From NCBI GenBank assembly GCA_028534125.1, contig CM052818.1:21206001-21270000 (forward strand): 64,000 nt of DNA. Direction: 5' to 3'. Positions 39,201 to 54,949 of the stretch are shown piece by piece. The position numbers and the translations under genes were made by a program. Under the pieces are notes generated by a model. It searched no databases. It worked only from the letters and a program-made list of their open reading frames with translations, and had not been told where the DNA came from. Origin of the DNA: Lama glama (lineage: Eukaryota). Numbering within the stretch: position 1 is the stretch's first letter; every line of letters begins with the position of its first letter.

Positions 39201-40758
39201 GTGTATGTGACTTTTCCTGTGCCTTCCTTTTTTGCCAGCACATTCTGTAAAGTCCCCAGCGTCTGAAGGGTTAGACTCTTGCAGGTTAAGGCCCTTCCCT
39301 TTTCCGAAAATGGTGTGCATATAAATCTGGGAGAGTCAGGGGCTTCTTGGTAAAAAGTGGGGAGATAGTGCTGGGAGTGGAGATGTGCTTCTGTTCTGGG
39401 CAGGAGGCAGGGTACGTGTGTGTGTGTGCTCTCATGCGGGCAGGGGGTGCGAATGGCTATGTGTGCCGCTGGAATGAAGTCATAGGTGGGGGTCTCTGAG
39501 ACTGCGGTGTGAGGGCGGAGGCTGCTGCTGAGTGAGGGGAGGAGTGGCATGTGAGGAGAGCGCTTTCGTGGGTGGGCCTCTCCTGAGCGGACGAAGCTGC
39601 CTGAACTCCCAGCCACAGGGGAACGGGCACTCCAGGGCCCCAGGCCGCCTTGCACACTTGCAGCACTCAGTTCACTTCCCAGGCCCAACCAGCCGCACGT
39701 CAGTGTGCGCCTCCAGGCGCTTGATCGGAGATGGAATTGTTCCTGGGCTGACAGTGGAACACTCTCCCCTAGGGGGCTTGACCCGCCCCACCCGACCCCG
39801 GGAAATATCCACTCCCCGCTTGCCTCGGGTCCACCTGTTCCTGTCCCACCCCAACTTTAGTCTCAATTTCCCCCTCCTTTCTCTCCCTTCCTCCCGCTTT
39901 TGCTTTTTCTCCCTCCCTAGAATTATCTCCCTCTTCTTTATTCTCCCTTCCCTTCTTGCTCTGGACTGTAAAATGGAGACCCCTGTTCACCTGACCACTC
40001 CCAAGATTAGGCATATTTCTCTGAGGGTGCTTATCTAGTTCTCTGCCTAGCCTGGTATGTGTGTGTATGCACATGTGTGTGTGCTGGGAGCGGTTGAGGT
40101 TTGGTAAATGGGTGACGTATGAGTGCCTGGAGCTGGGCTATGTGATTGGGGGTTGAAGTGCCTCTGGGTGGCATTTCTATTATGTCTTTGGTTTGGCTCA
40201 TATGTATGTTGTGTGACTGAAGGCTTCTTCTGCGCGCTTGTTTTGGTGGATGTGTGGTGTCTGTGTTGTTTCCTGACTGTCTTTATTGCTCATCTGCTCC
40301 TTCTCCTGTGTGGGAACTTTTGGTGAGCCCCGGCTCCCTGTATGTCAGGCGATGCACAAAACATTTGTGGTGCTAAAGCTGCTGTATACAGATGTGTGTT
40401 TCTTTTTCAGTGCAAATAGCTCTGGATAGCACGATGGGAGGGTGAGGCTGTGAGATTGGGCATGTTTGTGTGTGCATCTGTGCGGTTTGGAGTGTGTGCG
40501 CCCTGGAGAGTGTGCCAGCAGGGGAGAATGAGAATGAAAGATTCTTGTGTTTGTGTCTGAGGACTGTTGTGGAATCTGTACAGAGGAAATCAGAAAGGCA
40601 GGCCCTATGTTGTGTTGGGACGGACGTCTACAGATGCTGGGAAACTGCTCTAGGGGCAGGTGGGTGTCTACAGGAAAGGGCTCTACTGGGTTTGTGATGA
40701 CATGGCTTGGGGTTGAGGTGTGTGCATAACATGGGGAGTATATTTATGTCGATAATTG

Positions 40759-40783
40759 AGTGTGTGTGTGTGTGTGTGTGTGT
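40759..40783. repeat. (GT)n microsatellite
   Basis: Direct reading. Confidence 0.95.
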
Positions 40784-42918
40784 GGTGTAGCCTCTGTCAG
40801 CCTGGCTGTGCCTGCCCGCTCCTATGGAGCCCCACCCGACACAGCAGAGTTCAATCAGCCACTGCATGAATACACTCGAATGGAAAGTTGTGCTCAGCTG
40901 ACCGGAGAAATCGGAGCCCGGCTAGCACTGCTCCCCTCCTCCCTGGCTCCCTCCTGCCCTCCCTCAGGCCAGACGCCCGCTCCAGCCCATGCACTGGGGC
41001 AAAGGAGGCTCAACTCAGCTGGGGCCGGAAGGGGCCCGGTGGTGGGAAGTTGAGTGGGCCTAGCCCAAGGACTCAGGGGCGTGCATCCCAGTAGGCTGGG
41101 CATCTCAGCCCCAGCCCTTAGGGGTGGAGGGTAAGGGAGGACGCAGGAAAGTCCCTGAGGTGGCAGCCCGTGCTTCAGGTGACAGCCACACAATGACCTA
41201 GGCGGGGACAGAGATGGCCACGGAGGCAAAGAAAGACAGGGAGCAGGGGAAGAGGCCAAGCACAACCAGCAATCCCCAGGCCTGGGACTGGGCTGAGGTT
41301 CCAGCGACCAGTGACGAGCTAGGTCCAGAATATTCCAGGCTGGCCTGTTCTCCTTTCAGAAGAAGCTGAGGAAGCCATTCCACTGCAACAGCCCAGACTA
41401 GGGTTTCAATTCCACCCCTACTCCGCCAGCCTAGGCAAGGGGCCTGGCCCTCCCAGCCCCTCACTGGAGCCCTCTCTGCATCCAAAACCCAACCATCCCT
41501 TGTTGGTCCCAGGGTCCGAAGTCCTGGTGCCTGCAACCCCAGTCCCAGACAGGCCAGGCTCCTGTGCCTCCAGTCCCACTATTGATCAGCATCCCCACCC
41601 TGCGCTGTGGCAGCTTCCAGGCCATTTCATTTTAATCAGCTGTACGTCTTGCCTGGGGTAATCAACTGTGCTGGCGCTGGGCAGTGGATTCTGCAGGATT
41701 CGGGCAGGGCCAGAAGAGAGGCCTGGTCGGGGCTCGGGACCGGAGCTGGGGTGGGGGCTAAGGAGGCATAGGTGAGCAGGCCGGAAAAGGGGTAGATTGA
41801 CATATCATCCCTCGGGCAGGCGGCTTCTAGGGGTCAATGACTTTGATACAGATTTTCCCGGTTTTGCATCCCATTCTGTCGGTTCAGGTTTCCGGTGCAA
41901 ATCCCGGATCGCCATTGTTTTTCGTTGAGGGAGGCAGGAATGAAGAAAATATTCCTAAATTGGCTGTTCCTCTTCAAGCCCCTTACACTCTAGAGTTGGC
42001 GACCCAGGTACAGGTACAGAGAGGCCTACGCACACAGGGAAGGTTCTGAGCCCGAGGGCGCCAGCTGGGGTGCCAGGCAGAAGTGCACGGCGCACAGGCA
42101 GGGATGCGCCACAGCTCTAACACACCAGGAGAAGGGCTGGCCCATGGGTTGTCTCGGGGCCCGACGGAGGGGGCGAATGAACGTTGAGGTCTGCGTACCC
42201 AGTCTGACGAGGCCCACTCAAGAGCACACATCAGTGCACACACTTCCCCTCTCCGAGGCACAATCAGCAACAGTGCCAGGTGGTGGGGGCTGAGTACAGC
42301 GACAGCAATGGCTCCCCCCCCCCCCGCAGGGCTTCAGTCAGGCCTTGCCCTCGAGCTCTGCCCTGGTGGCTCCTGGGACGTTGACTGCCTTGGCCGTGGC
42401 TTTGAGGGATCCAGAAAGAGAATGGACAGGCAGCCTATTAAAGGAGAGATCTGGCCAGAAAGGGGCCTCTTTCCCCTTGCTCTGATGTTTAAAGGGGCAG
42501 GGGCCAAATCCAGTGTAACATGTGCAGTGTATCAAGGTAAAGGGTGGACTGGGGAAGAAGCCAAAGAGCCCAGCTCCACTCTGCCCTCTGGTCAAAGAAG
42601 ACTCATTGTGACTGAGCATTCCTTAAAGGTGGACGAAGGTGGGTTAGGGGTTGGCAGCCTGGCGGACATGTCTCTGTGGACTAACTAGAAAAAGGGAACC
42701 GACACATGTCTACATCAAATTCCAGACCCACAAGACACATGTCCACTGCACAGAAAATCCTGCACAGACAGCACCCTGTGGGTGTACTGAAGTTACTCCT
42801 TGCAGAACTGGGTACACAAAAACTGCCCATGCCACCCACAAATACCTACACTATAGGCGACAGACATGAAAACACACACTGGGCACACGCTGACACAATG
42901 TACACATTTTTATATCAA

Positions 42919-42920
<2 letters not shown>

Positions 42921-42950
<30 letters not shown>
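42921..42950. repeat. (AC)n microsatellite
   Basis: Direct reading. Confidence 0.95.
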
Positions 42951-42952
<2 letters not shown>

Positions 42953-43669
42953 CTTTATATGCAGACCCTGAATGCATGGTGGAAGTCAGCATACAGAACT
43001 GCACACATCCACACCACTTGTAATCTGGACTCATGCCTCTCCTGCAGGGGATCTGTAGGTAAGTCGGAAAGTGGATCACTGGTATTTGCACAGACCTGGG
43101 TAGAACTATAGGAGATGAGAGTGGCAGATGAGAGATAGGAGGATGGAAAGACAGCAGACTGGTGACATCCAACAGGGCCTAGGCCCCTGAAGCCAAAGTG
43201 GAGAAGGAGGAATTGGCACCGGATGCCCTAAACACGTTTTCTCTGTTGGTTATGTTGAGAGAAGGAAGAATTTTAATTCCACTGGTTTGTCCCCTGTCCC
43301 TAGACAAAAAGGCATCTGCTGCCTAGTGTCTGTCACCAGTCAAGGCCCTTCCAGGGGTCACCCTCCAGCAGTGCCATACCTTTTCTTCCACCTATCAGTT
43401 CTGGTCAGTCAGTTGGGTAGGGTCTATCCAGACCCTCCGTGCTGTCTGAGGCAGCCACTTCTTGGGTCTCCAGGCCCAAGGTCTGGGTCAAATATGTGAC
43501 AGGCCATTTGAAAACAAGGGTAGGAGACAGCCCCTCACCCCAGACATCATTCTGTGCACCAGAACAGAGGCCCAAGCTGAGTGGAACCCGGAAGGCCCCT
43601 TCCCCACTATTGCCTGAAATGTGGCTCCCTGAGGATCGTTTCCCCAGCAGTGAACACATGCAGAGATTC

Positions 43670-44130
43670 TGACACTGCTTGCCGGGCCACAGAACTTGGG
43701 AGCTCTGGAGATGATCCGAATGCCCTGATTCTAAGTAAGCACCTGCGCGGGAACCTTCCCCTCCACGCAAGTGCGCGCCCTGGGCGCGCCAGGCCACACA
43801 CGCGCCCAGGGCGCCTCCCCGTCGTGGCGTCCTTTCTGCCCAGCCTGGCCTGCGTAAACCTCATGGTGCTGCTGGAGATGCGGACAAAAGGAAATAATCG
43901 GAAATCAAAATTAGTTTGGAAACGGGCGCGAAATTCCAGGCACGTTTCTCCTTAATCCTCTTCGCTTTGGACTTTCAAGTGAAGGCAAGTTTTCTGAAAT
44001 TACCTCTCTGGCTCGTCCTCGGGCACAGGCCGGCCTGGCCTAGAGCGGCGGAGGCACCGCCAGTCACGCCAGCACAGGGAACTGTGCTCCCCCACCCCCG
44101 CGCGGGGCAGGGAAGCCTGGGGCCAGCGGG
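43670..44130. promoter_or_regulatory. CpG island just 3' of SIX3
   Basis: CpG-dense. Confidence 0.6.
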
Positions 44131-44686
44131 ATCCCGATTGGCAAAAGGCAGTGATTTGAGGGGTTTCGTTTTAAAGTATAACCTACTGTAAAATGTCTTA
44201 GGGGCTCGAGAGACCCCAGTTGATATCAAAAGATGGAAAGAAATTTCAAGGAGACAGATCGAGAGCCATAAGGCAAGTCATAACCACACAGAAGCGCACA
44301 TGCAGGTGGTGAGGAGGGGGTCTATCTTGATTCTAGGCCCTAAACTCCTCAAACTACCTCCTCCCTCCCTCTCTATCCTCCCCACCCGGCCTACAGTTGT
44401 CCCCCTCCAACCAACTCCACCCAAAGAAGACAAAACCTGTCTGCTCCGCTCTAGATTTATGCTTGCATTTGGCGACCCCCGTGTGTTTCCCCTTTAAAAA
44501 AAAAAAAGGCAATAACAACCGAAAGACGCCAAAGACCCACCAGAGCCTAACCAGCTACAGTTCCTGGAGATCTAGGCCTGGCCTCTCCCGCTGAAGAAAC
44601 TGGCCGCAGTCCCCTCTCTCTGCGCCCTCTCTGCCTTTTTGCAGGGGATTCGGCTTTGGTTCTTTTCTGAAGGGCCTGTTCCCAAG

Positions 44687-44709
44687 CACCACCACCACCA
44701 CCACCACCA
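44687..44709. repeat. (CAC)n trinucleotide repeat
   Basis: Direct reading. Confidence 0.9.
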
Positions 44710-44825
44710 TTCCCCCTTCTCCCGGAAAAAGCTCAGACCCAGCCTGAAAATTCTACCCCAGCTTGGGTGGCGCAGCTGGAGAGGAAACGAAGGCCGGGCC
44801 GCTGCACCCCGGGGCTGCGGCACAG

Positions 44826-44881
44826 GGACGGACAAAAACACCAGTCTCTGGGAGTGATAAGAAAATGGAGAATACTGTATT
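44826..44881 (-). terminator. Candidate poly(A) signal AATACA plus downstream GU/U-rich element
   Basis: Minus strand reads gcaAATACAgtattctccattttcttatCActcccagagactGGTGTTTTTGTccgt. Confidence 0.55.
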
Positions 44882-46099
44882 TGCTTTAGAAAGTTTTTAC
44901 ATATAGATAAACACGCAGTTAAGATAACAGTAAAAGCGCCCTACGGGGAGTGAGAGATATCTCCAAAGCAGCTAAGAAATACTTGAAATAGCTTTTGCAT
45001 AAGAATACTACAGTCTCACTCTCCGCTCTCGCTAGCGACGGGGTCCCTCTTCCTAACCCAGCCCGCCACGCCGCGCCTTGACTGCCAAGTCGACGCCTGG
45101 AACACCGAGTGGGACGGGAACCCCGAAAAGGAAACAGACAGGCGAGCGGGGAGGGAGGAAGAAGATGGGAGAGAAAGAAAGAGAAAGGGAGAGGAGAAAA
45201 AGCAATATCATATACAAGCAATTTCTACACATATATTACAAACTGGGAAAATGACCGATCATTAAGATATACATAATTCATATAAAATTTTGAAATAAAA
45301 ATAAAAATCTGTTACAGTCATAACTATTCTTTTTCCACATTTATAACCAGTACCCACACAGGCAGTGACAGAGTGGAGAGAAAAAGGTGCTTAACAAGAA
45401 AATGATTGTCTGCTGAACAAAAAACAGAAGATTGCATCTTGTTTGACCAATACTTGGACTTAAAAACAGAGAGAAAGAAAGAGAGTGAGAGAGAAAAAAA
45501 GAGAGAAAGAGCAACAAAAGGCGAGAAACATTTGCTATTTCCCTCCCAAAGAGTTCTTTTTTTTTTTTTTAACAAATTCTGAACGGAGATGGCGGGGTTT
45601 TTTTTCCTCTTTTTGTCTGTTTTGCTTTGTTATCTTGTCATCGTGGTGGTGGTCGGTTTTTGTATAGTCGACTCTTTTTTAACCATTTTAAACTAGAGAG
45701 AATATTTTCCCAGATACAAATAAATCGTCATGCAGGTGGGGTGCCGGGTCCGTGGGAACCGAAAGGAGAAGCCGTGCTTGTCCTAGAAAGTATACAATTG
45801 TCACCTCTTTTATGTTTTCTGCCCGCAGCATCAGCGTTTGTGACTGTCTGTTGGCGTTGCAGTCCTTTGGGGTGGCCGTGGTGGTAGATGGTGGTTGGGA
45901 GTTGTTGGTTTGCGTTTCATTTGTTATTTTTCTTTTTTATATTTTTTGGCTGGAGTGGATGTGTGTGTGTACTTGGGTGTGTGGATGATTGTGTATCCTG
46001 ATTTCGGTTTGTTCTGGGGATGGAAGAGGAAGAAGAGGAGGGCGAGGAGGAGGAGGGGAAGAAAGAGGGGGAGGAGGGGCAGGAGGGCGGCCTTGGGTA
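44855..46099 (-). other. SIX3: SIX3 3' UTR (3' end approximate)
   Basis: Follows the stop codon; repeat-free, with A- and U-rich stretches; ends near the candidate AATACA signal. Confidence 0.7.
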
Positions 46100-49560
<3,461 letters not shown>

Positions 49561-51499
49561 CTCACTAGTTTCTCTCTCTCTCTCCTTTCTCCCCCTCCCC
49601 TTCTTTTTCCTCGCTGTCTCTGAGCTCTCTCTTCTCCAAAGAAGTTGATCCAGAAATTCAAAAAGCCATGGGCATAAGTTGTTGAATGGGACGAGCAATT
49701 AAAGGGGGGATTTTGTTGGGAAGTGAGAGGCTCCCCACGCTGCATGAAGGCCGAGGGCCAGCCCCCTAGGAGAGGCCGAGGGCCGGAGGAGCCAGCACGG
49801 TTTGCACATGGTGTGCACGTCGGGCCGTCTCTTTCTGCCTATGTGAGCACTAATAGTGGCGAGGAAGAAAGGAGAGTGAGATCATGGGGCCCACCAGGCG
49901 CCGATCCTGGCCTGGCAGGCCGTTGCGCCCCGGATCTCGGATTTGGGGGGCAGCTGGAGCCTGGGAGCCAGAGTCCAGGACCCAGGGTGCTGGAAGTCTC
50001 TATGGCCTCCCTGGTCTACAATCCTCCACCACATTTACCCTAACATCCTCTGCATTGGATCCAGCTTCTCTTTAACTCTGCCCCCAGTCAAGGATCCTTG
50101 ATTTCCCCTATAGCCTTCTATTTTTAAATAGCAGTACATTTTCCATCTTAAAAAGCAATACGCCTCTTTGTTTCCCCCCAGATTTCAGCTGCCTACCTAG
50201 GAGCTGTGGAGAAGGTTCAGCTGGGAAGCCTGTAAGCCCCCTACCCCTCTCCCAAGATGCCGGCTACCCTGACACCCTCCAAGGAGCTTGGGTCTGCCTA
50301 CTAGCCCTGGAAGGGCACTCAAACCTCGGAGGCTGCCCTAAAGAAGTAGATAGGCCTGAATATTGCTTGTTCGCTCATATTGTAAAGAAAAAAATAATAA
50401 AACTTATTCCTCTAATGAAAGTAATAACACAAACCTAAAACAAACCCCCAAAAGGCCCATAGCATGGAGAGAGCCCTCCCTCCCTCCAGCCACTGCAGCC
50501 CCCAGGCCAGGCATGGGTATTTATTTCTAAGGTATGTTGCTTTTAAGAAGATGTAATCAGCATCTTGAGCCAGGCCTCCCTTTGTGAGGCTTCTGTAACT
50601 ATGGAAGTGTGATTTGCGCAGATTTGTCAGGGTCAGAGACGTCTTCCCCCTGAGCACTGTGTATATTTAGACAGGATTCGGTTTGGTGTTAAAAAGTGTA
50701 TATTTTGAATGAGTTCACACACAGTAGCCAACAATGCCCACATTGTCGGCCCGTGTACAACGTGTATTGAAACGCAGCGTCCAGACTTCAACTAATCTGC
50801 CCTCAATAAAGCTGAAATAATTATCCTAAGCTGCCTTTCCAGAAGAAAAATCATTGAGGAATTCAAAACTTTTTTTTTCAAAAAAGATCTTTTCTACATT
50901 CCGATGCAGATCTTGGGGTGAGGCGCCCAGTCCACACCACTGTGGAGATCTCAAAGAGGGAGGCGAGAAAGAGATGTGAGAGAATTTAAGTGGGAAAGCT
51001 AACACGACTGGGGCTGCAAGTGTCCCATCCCCTAAATCTCAAGTTCTGGCCCTCCTTAGGCCTTGACTCCCCCAGAGCCAGATCTCCTGGGCAGAGAAAT
51101 GAAGCTGTTTCAGAAGTTCCACTGCAGCAAAGAGGCTGCGACACCGGCCCACTCAGCCCCAGGGAGCCAGGGTTGCTGGTCCTAAACCCGCTGACTGAGG
51201 CAGAAAAATATTTGCCCAAAGGGAAGACTGGCTAAGCCCCACTTCGTAGGGATCCGTATCTCTCTCCCCTCGGTGTATCTTCCTCCCGGCCGTGGGCCTT
51301 TTCTGCTCATCTGCGAAGCTCTGGGCGGTCGTTTACTGCGGGACCAGAAAGAGCCCTAAGATTGGGACACAAAAACAGACACTTCATCTTTTCTTCCCGA
51401 TCCCTTTCTCTCGTAGGGGAAGGATTATAGGCTGAAGGGTGGGAGGGGGAAGGGGCAGGAGGAGGAAGCGGGGGAGGAAGGAATGAAAAAGGGGAGGGG

Positions 51500-53520
51500 A
51501 GTGGGTATTGTGCCGCGTGTGGGGGGAGAATTCCTACGGGTGGGTTTCCGAATATTGTGTTCAACTTTTTGAAAACAGCTCGTGACCCCGAAACTGCATC
51601 CCTTGGAGCAGAGGACCCAAGGCGCCGGGCGGGCGGGTGAACCCAGCCAGTCCCCTCCCAGTCCCCGCAACCCCCGCCTCCGGGTTGGGGCGACCCGGCC
51701 TCTCCCCGCCGCTACGGGGCCAGCCCCGGAGGGAGGCTGGGCAGGTGCTGCGGGCTCTGCCGAGAGCGCTGAAATAGAAAACCGTCGCCACTCATGGAGA
51801 ATTGAGGCAAGTGGGACTGAGGCTCAATTCGGCGACACCCTCCTGCCCCCGGCGCGGCCCGGGCTCCTGCCGACCCGCCGCACCCCTCCAGCTTGGGCGG
51901 CGGTGGTGGCTTGGGGGTGAACAGCCGGGAGGAGGGCGGTGGCGGCAAGGCGCGCAGCTTTGTGCGCCGGGCCAGGGCCAGGGCCGGGGCCGGGCGCGGC
52001 GGGGCGGGCGCCCAGTCCCGGGCTGTCAGAGCCTCCCCGCAGAGCTGAGCTCCGCGCCGCCCACCGAGCCCACCTCGCAGCCCCGCAGCTGCTAGCGTCT
52101 CTCCGCTTCGGCCCGAAGCACCATGCCCGCCGCCCGGAGCCGGTAAGTTGAGAGTCCAGAGGGCTGGAGAGGGAGGCGGGGCGGCCTGTCCGCGGCGCGG
52201 ATGGCTGGACTGGCTCTGGGCCGAGCTGGGAGAGCAGACTCCTCAGGGTGTCGGTCTAGGGGTGCTGATGGGGGGCGAGGGGGCTATGGGGCACCAGAGA
52301 TTCCCCTCTCAAAGTCCCAGGAGCTGGGAGTTGGGGAGAAGGTTTGGGAGCAGCAGGACCTTGGGTTCTAGGGCCCAGGCCGCCTGCCCTACTGCTCTGG
52401 GGACCTGAACTGTTGGGCAGCAGGAGGGCCGAGGGCCCGGAGGTGAGCCTGGAATGGGTGGCGCTCAGGGGGGTCCTGCACCCTGGGTCTCTTAGAGAAG
52501 GGAGATCTGGATGGATAGATCAGCCCGAGGGGCCTCTAAATCTCTCCTGCCCTCTGGCCGCTCAGACTCTGGGATCTGGGATTTGGCGCTCATACAGGCC
52601 AAGGTCACAAAATTGCTACCATCGTCCCTGCTTTAATTCTGGCCCGGGCGACAGGAAGGACAGCAGTACAGGTGATGGGGGGAGAAAGGGCATTTGGGCT
52701 GGAAGACGTCCTCTTACCAGGACCTACCAGGCATTTGTTTACAAATGCCACCCCGAACCCCAGTAGTCTCAGCTCCACCAGGAGAGGTACCTAAGAGAGT
52801 CCTACTCCTTGTCTGGGGTTCCAGGAAATCCAAGAGGTCTGCAAGTCTCCGAGAGAGGAAGACCCGAGGGCTGGGGCACATGCACCCACTCGGCCTTGCT
52901 CAACTCCATAAGGCCAGTTTGTCCTGGGGGGCAACGCCCTTCTGGTCCCCAAGACATCGGGAGGCGGGAGCTGGCCCGGTGGCCCTCGGTCTGGGCCTCC
53001 CCGCAAGCTACAAACCGAGGCGCTTGGCGCCGGCGGCCAAGGAGGGCGCAGGGGAGCGCAGTACGCAGGCGGGGGAGGCCGCGAAGCCCTTCAAGGACCC
53101 CGATTACTTTCCTTTGAATGAAAAACAACAACAACAACAACAACTGCTCCCTTCCCGCGCCCCCGCCCCCCTTAGCCTCCGGGGACCCGCGCTCTGAGCA
53201 ATTGTCGACCGGGACAGTAAACACAGCTCAGTTGCCTCAACTTTCTCCGCACATAAAAGTTCCCGGCGTGCGGGGAAATTTGAATATTTGATCAGCCCCT
53301 TTGAGTGACCCTCATTAGCCTGGCGCCCTGCTAAGGCCCCGGCATTGCAAAAAAAGCTGCTGGGCCCGGCATTTGTATGCCTTGTTAGCGCCGCTTAATG
53401 AAGCCGCCCCGACCGCTCAAAGGCGGCCTCCGAGCCGGCAGCGCGCACCTCTCGGCACCCCGCTCTGCCTAATGAGCCCCACCGCCCGCCGAAGGCCCCT
53501 CTGCCTCCCACATCCTCAAA
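51500..53520. promoter_or_regulatory. Upstream CpG island cluster
   Basis: Very high GC and CpG; GC boxes near 52000 and 52180. Confidence 0.7.
53124..53144. repeat. (AAC)n trinucleotide repeat
   Basis: Direct reading. Confidence 0.9.
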
Positions 53521-54949
53521 CAAGAGAAGTTTGGCTCCGTCTTAGGCCACCGCACCTCCCACTGCCAGACCCAGGAGAGTGGGCACAAATCCGGCCTAGC
53601 TGGCTGTGGTGACCCAGCCCTAAGAGAGAGCGGTGGCAGACTTAGGGGATGTGAGCCATATGGGCTGGGGAGGGGGGGTGGCCTCAGGTTGTAGCTCAGG
53701 AAGCACACTGTCAACCTTTCCCATGAAGGCCAATTTCAAATCAGTCACCCCAGTTCCTTAAAGAACTGCACCTGGACTCATGTTGGGGTGGCAGAGGGCA
53801 GACGTCCAGGGGAGGGTCAGCTTTTCATCTTCCCCCCTCTCCAAGTTCCTTTGGTCTCCACTGCCCAGGAGGCTGCCTGCTTTTTTATGGATCCCCTTAT
53901 GATATCCAGAACTGGTGTGTTAGGGCTGGGATTTGAGGAGCAGGCACACTCAGTCTCTCAAACTATCACTGACTGGCCCCACCATCCACAGACCTCAAGC
54001 ACAGTCCAATGTTATGACAGTTGGCACTAGAGAAGGCAAGGTACCAAGGTATCACAGCCTACCCTGTGCCTGCTCCCACCCCCCAGTCATGCCCTGTTGG
54101 TCTCTCTTTAATCACTCATCCAGTCTTCAGGAGGCCAGAAGAAAGTGCTCTAGGCAAGGGGCCACTTCGCATAGCAAAAACTGGCTGCGAGGATGAGACT
54201 GAGACTAAAACAGGCCTGAAGGAGAGAAAGAGAGGGCTTGCTCTGGAAGGAAGGGGATCCAAAACCACCATCTACTTCCTCTTTTCTTGGCTGGACAGAT
54301 GACATTGTTGACCAGCAAATGTCAGAAATCCCATTAGCAGTTGTGCTTCAGTCCTCTGAAAGAGTAGACTTCTCCTCCCTCTCCTCCGATGCCCTTTTCC
54401 CTGGACAGTTGTCACTCAAGGTCCCTCATTGCTCACCCAGCCTTTGGGTTTCTAAGGGTTACTTTGGGGGGGGGGGTTAATACAGTGAGCTTGGGAAGTA
54501 GGATGCTCTCAAATCTATACTCTGGGCCTTCTGGAGGTGCCCCCCCCCACAAGGCCCACAATCCCTCAGACACACCTAGGCTGGCCAGGTTGGCAACCTC
54601 CAAACCCCATTCCAGGGTGGCCACCTCTAGGAATGAATGGCACCTAGCCAACCCTCATCCTTTGCCAAAAGGCTATGTAGGCCCTGGGATAGGAGAGCCT
54701 GATAAGTTCATCTGGTCTGCTTCTCTTCTCTTTCTCTCCCCCAATTCAACTGCATGCCCCACCCCATTTTCATCCCACAACCCTGGAACTCAATCCCAGA
54801 CTGATGATTTTTAGGAATCATCTCTGCTCTGGACAAGGCAGTGCCCAGGCCTTGATCCATGCAAAGGACAAAGGTAGGAGCCGGGAAGTGAGGAGTGGAT
54901 GCTGTTGGAGAGAAAGGGGACCTGAGGCGGAGGGTACAACTCAGCTCTG

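Noticed and set aside
45294..45305. AATAAA pair as the SIX3 poly(A) signal
   Set aside because: On the plus strand, antisense to SIX3.
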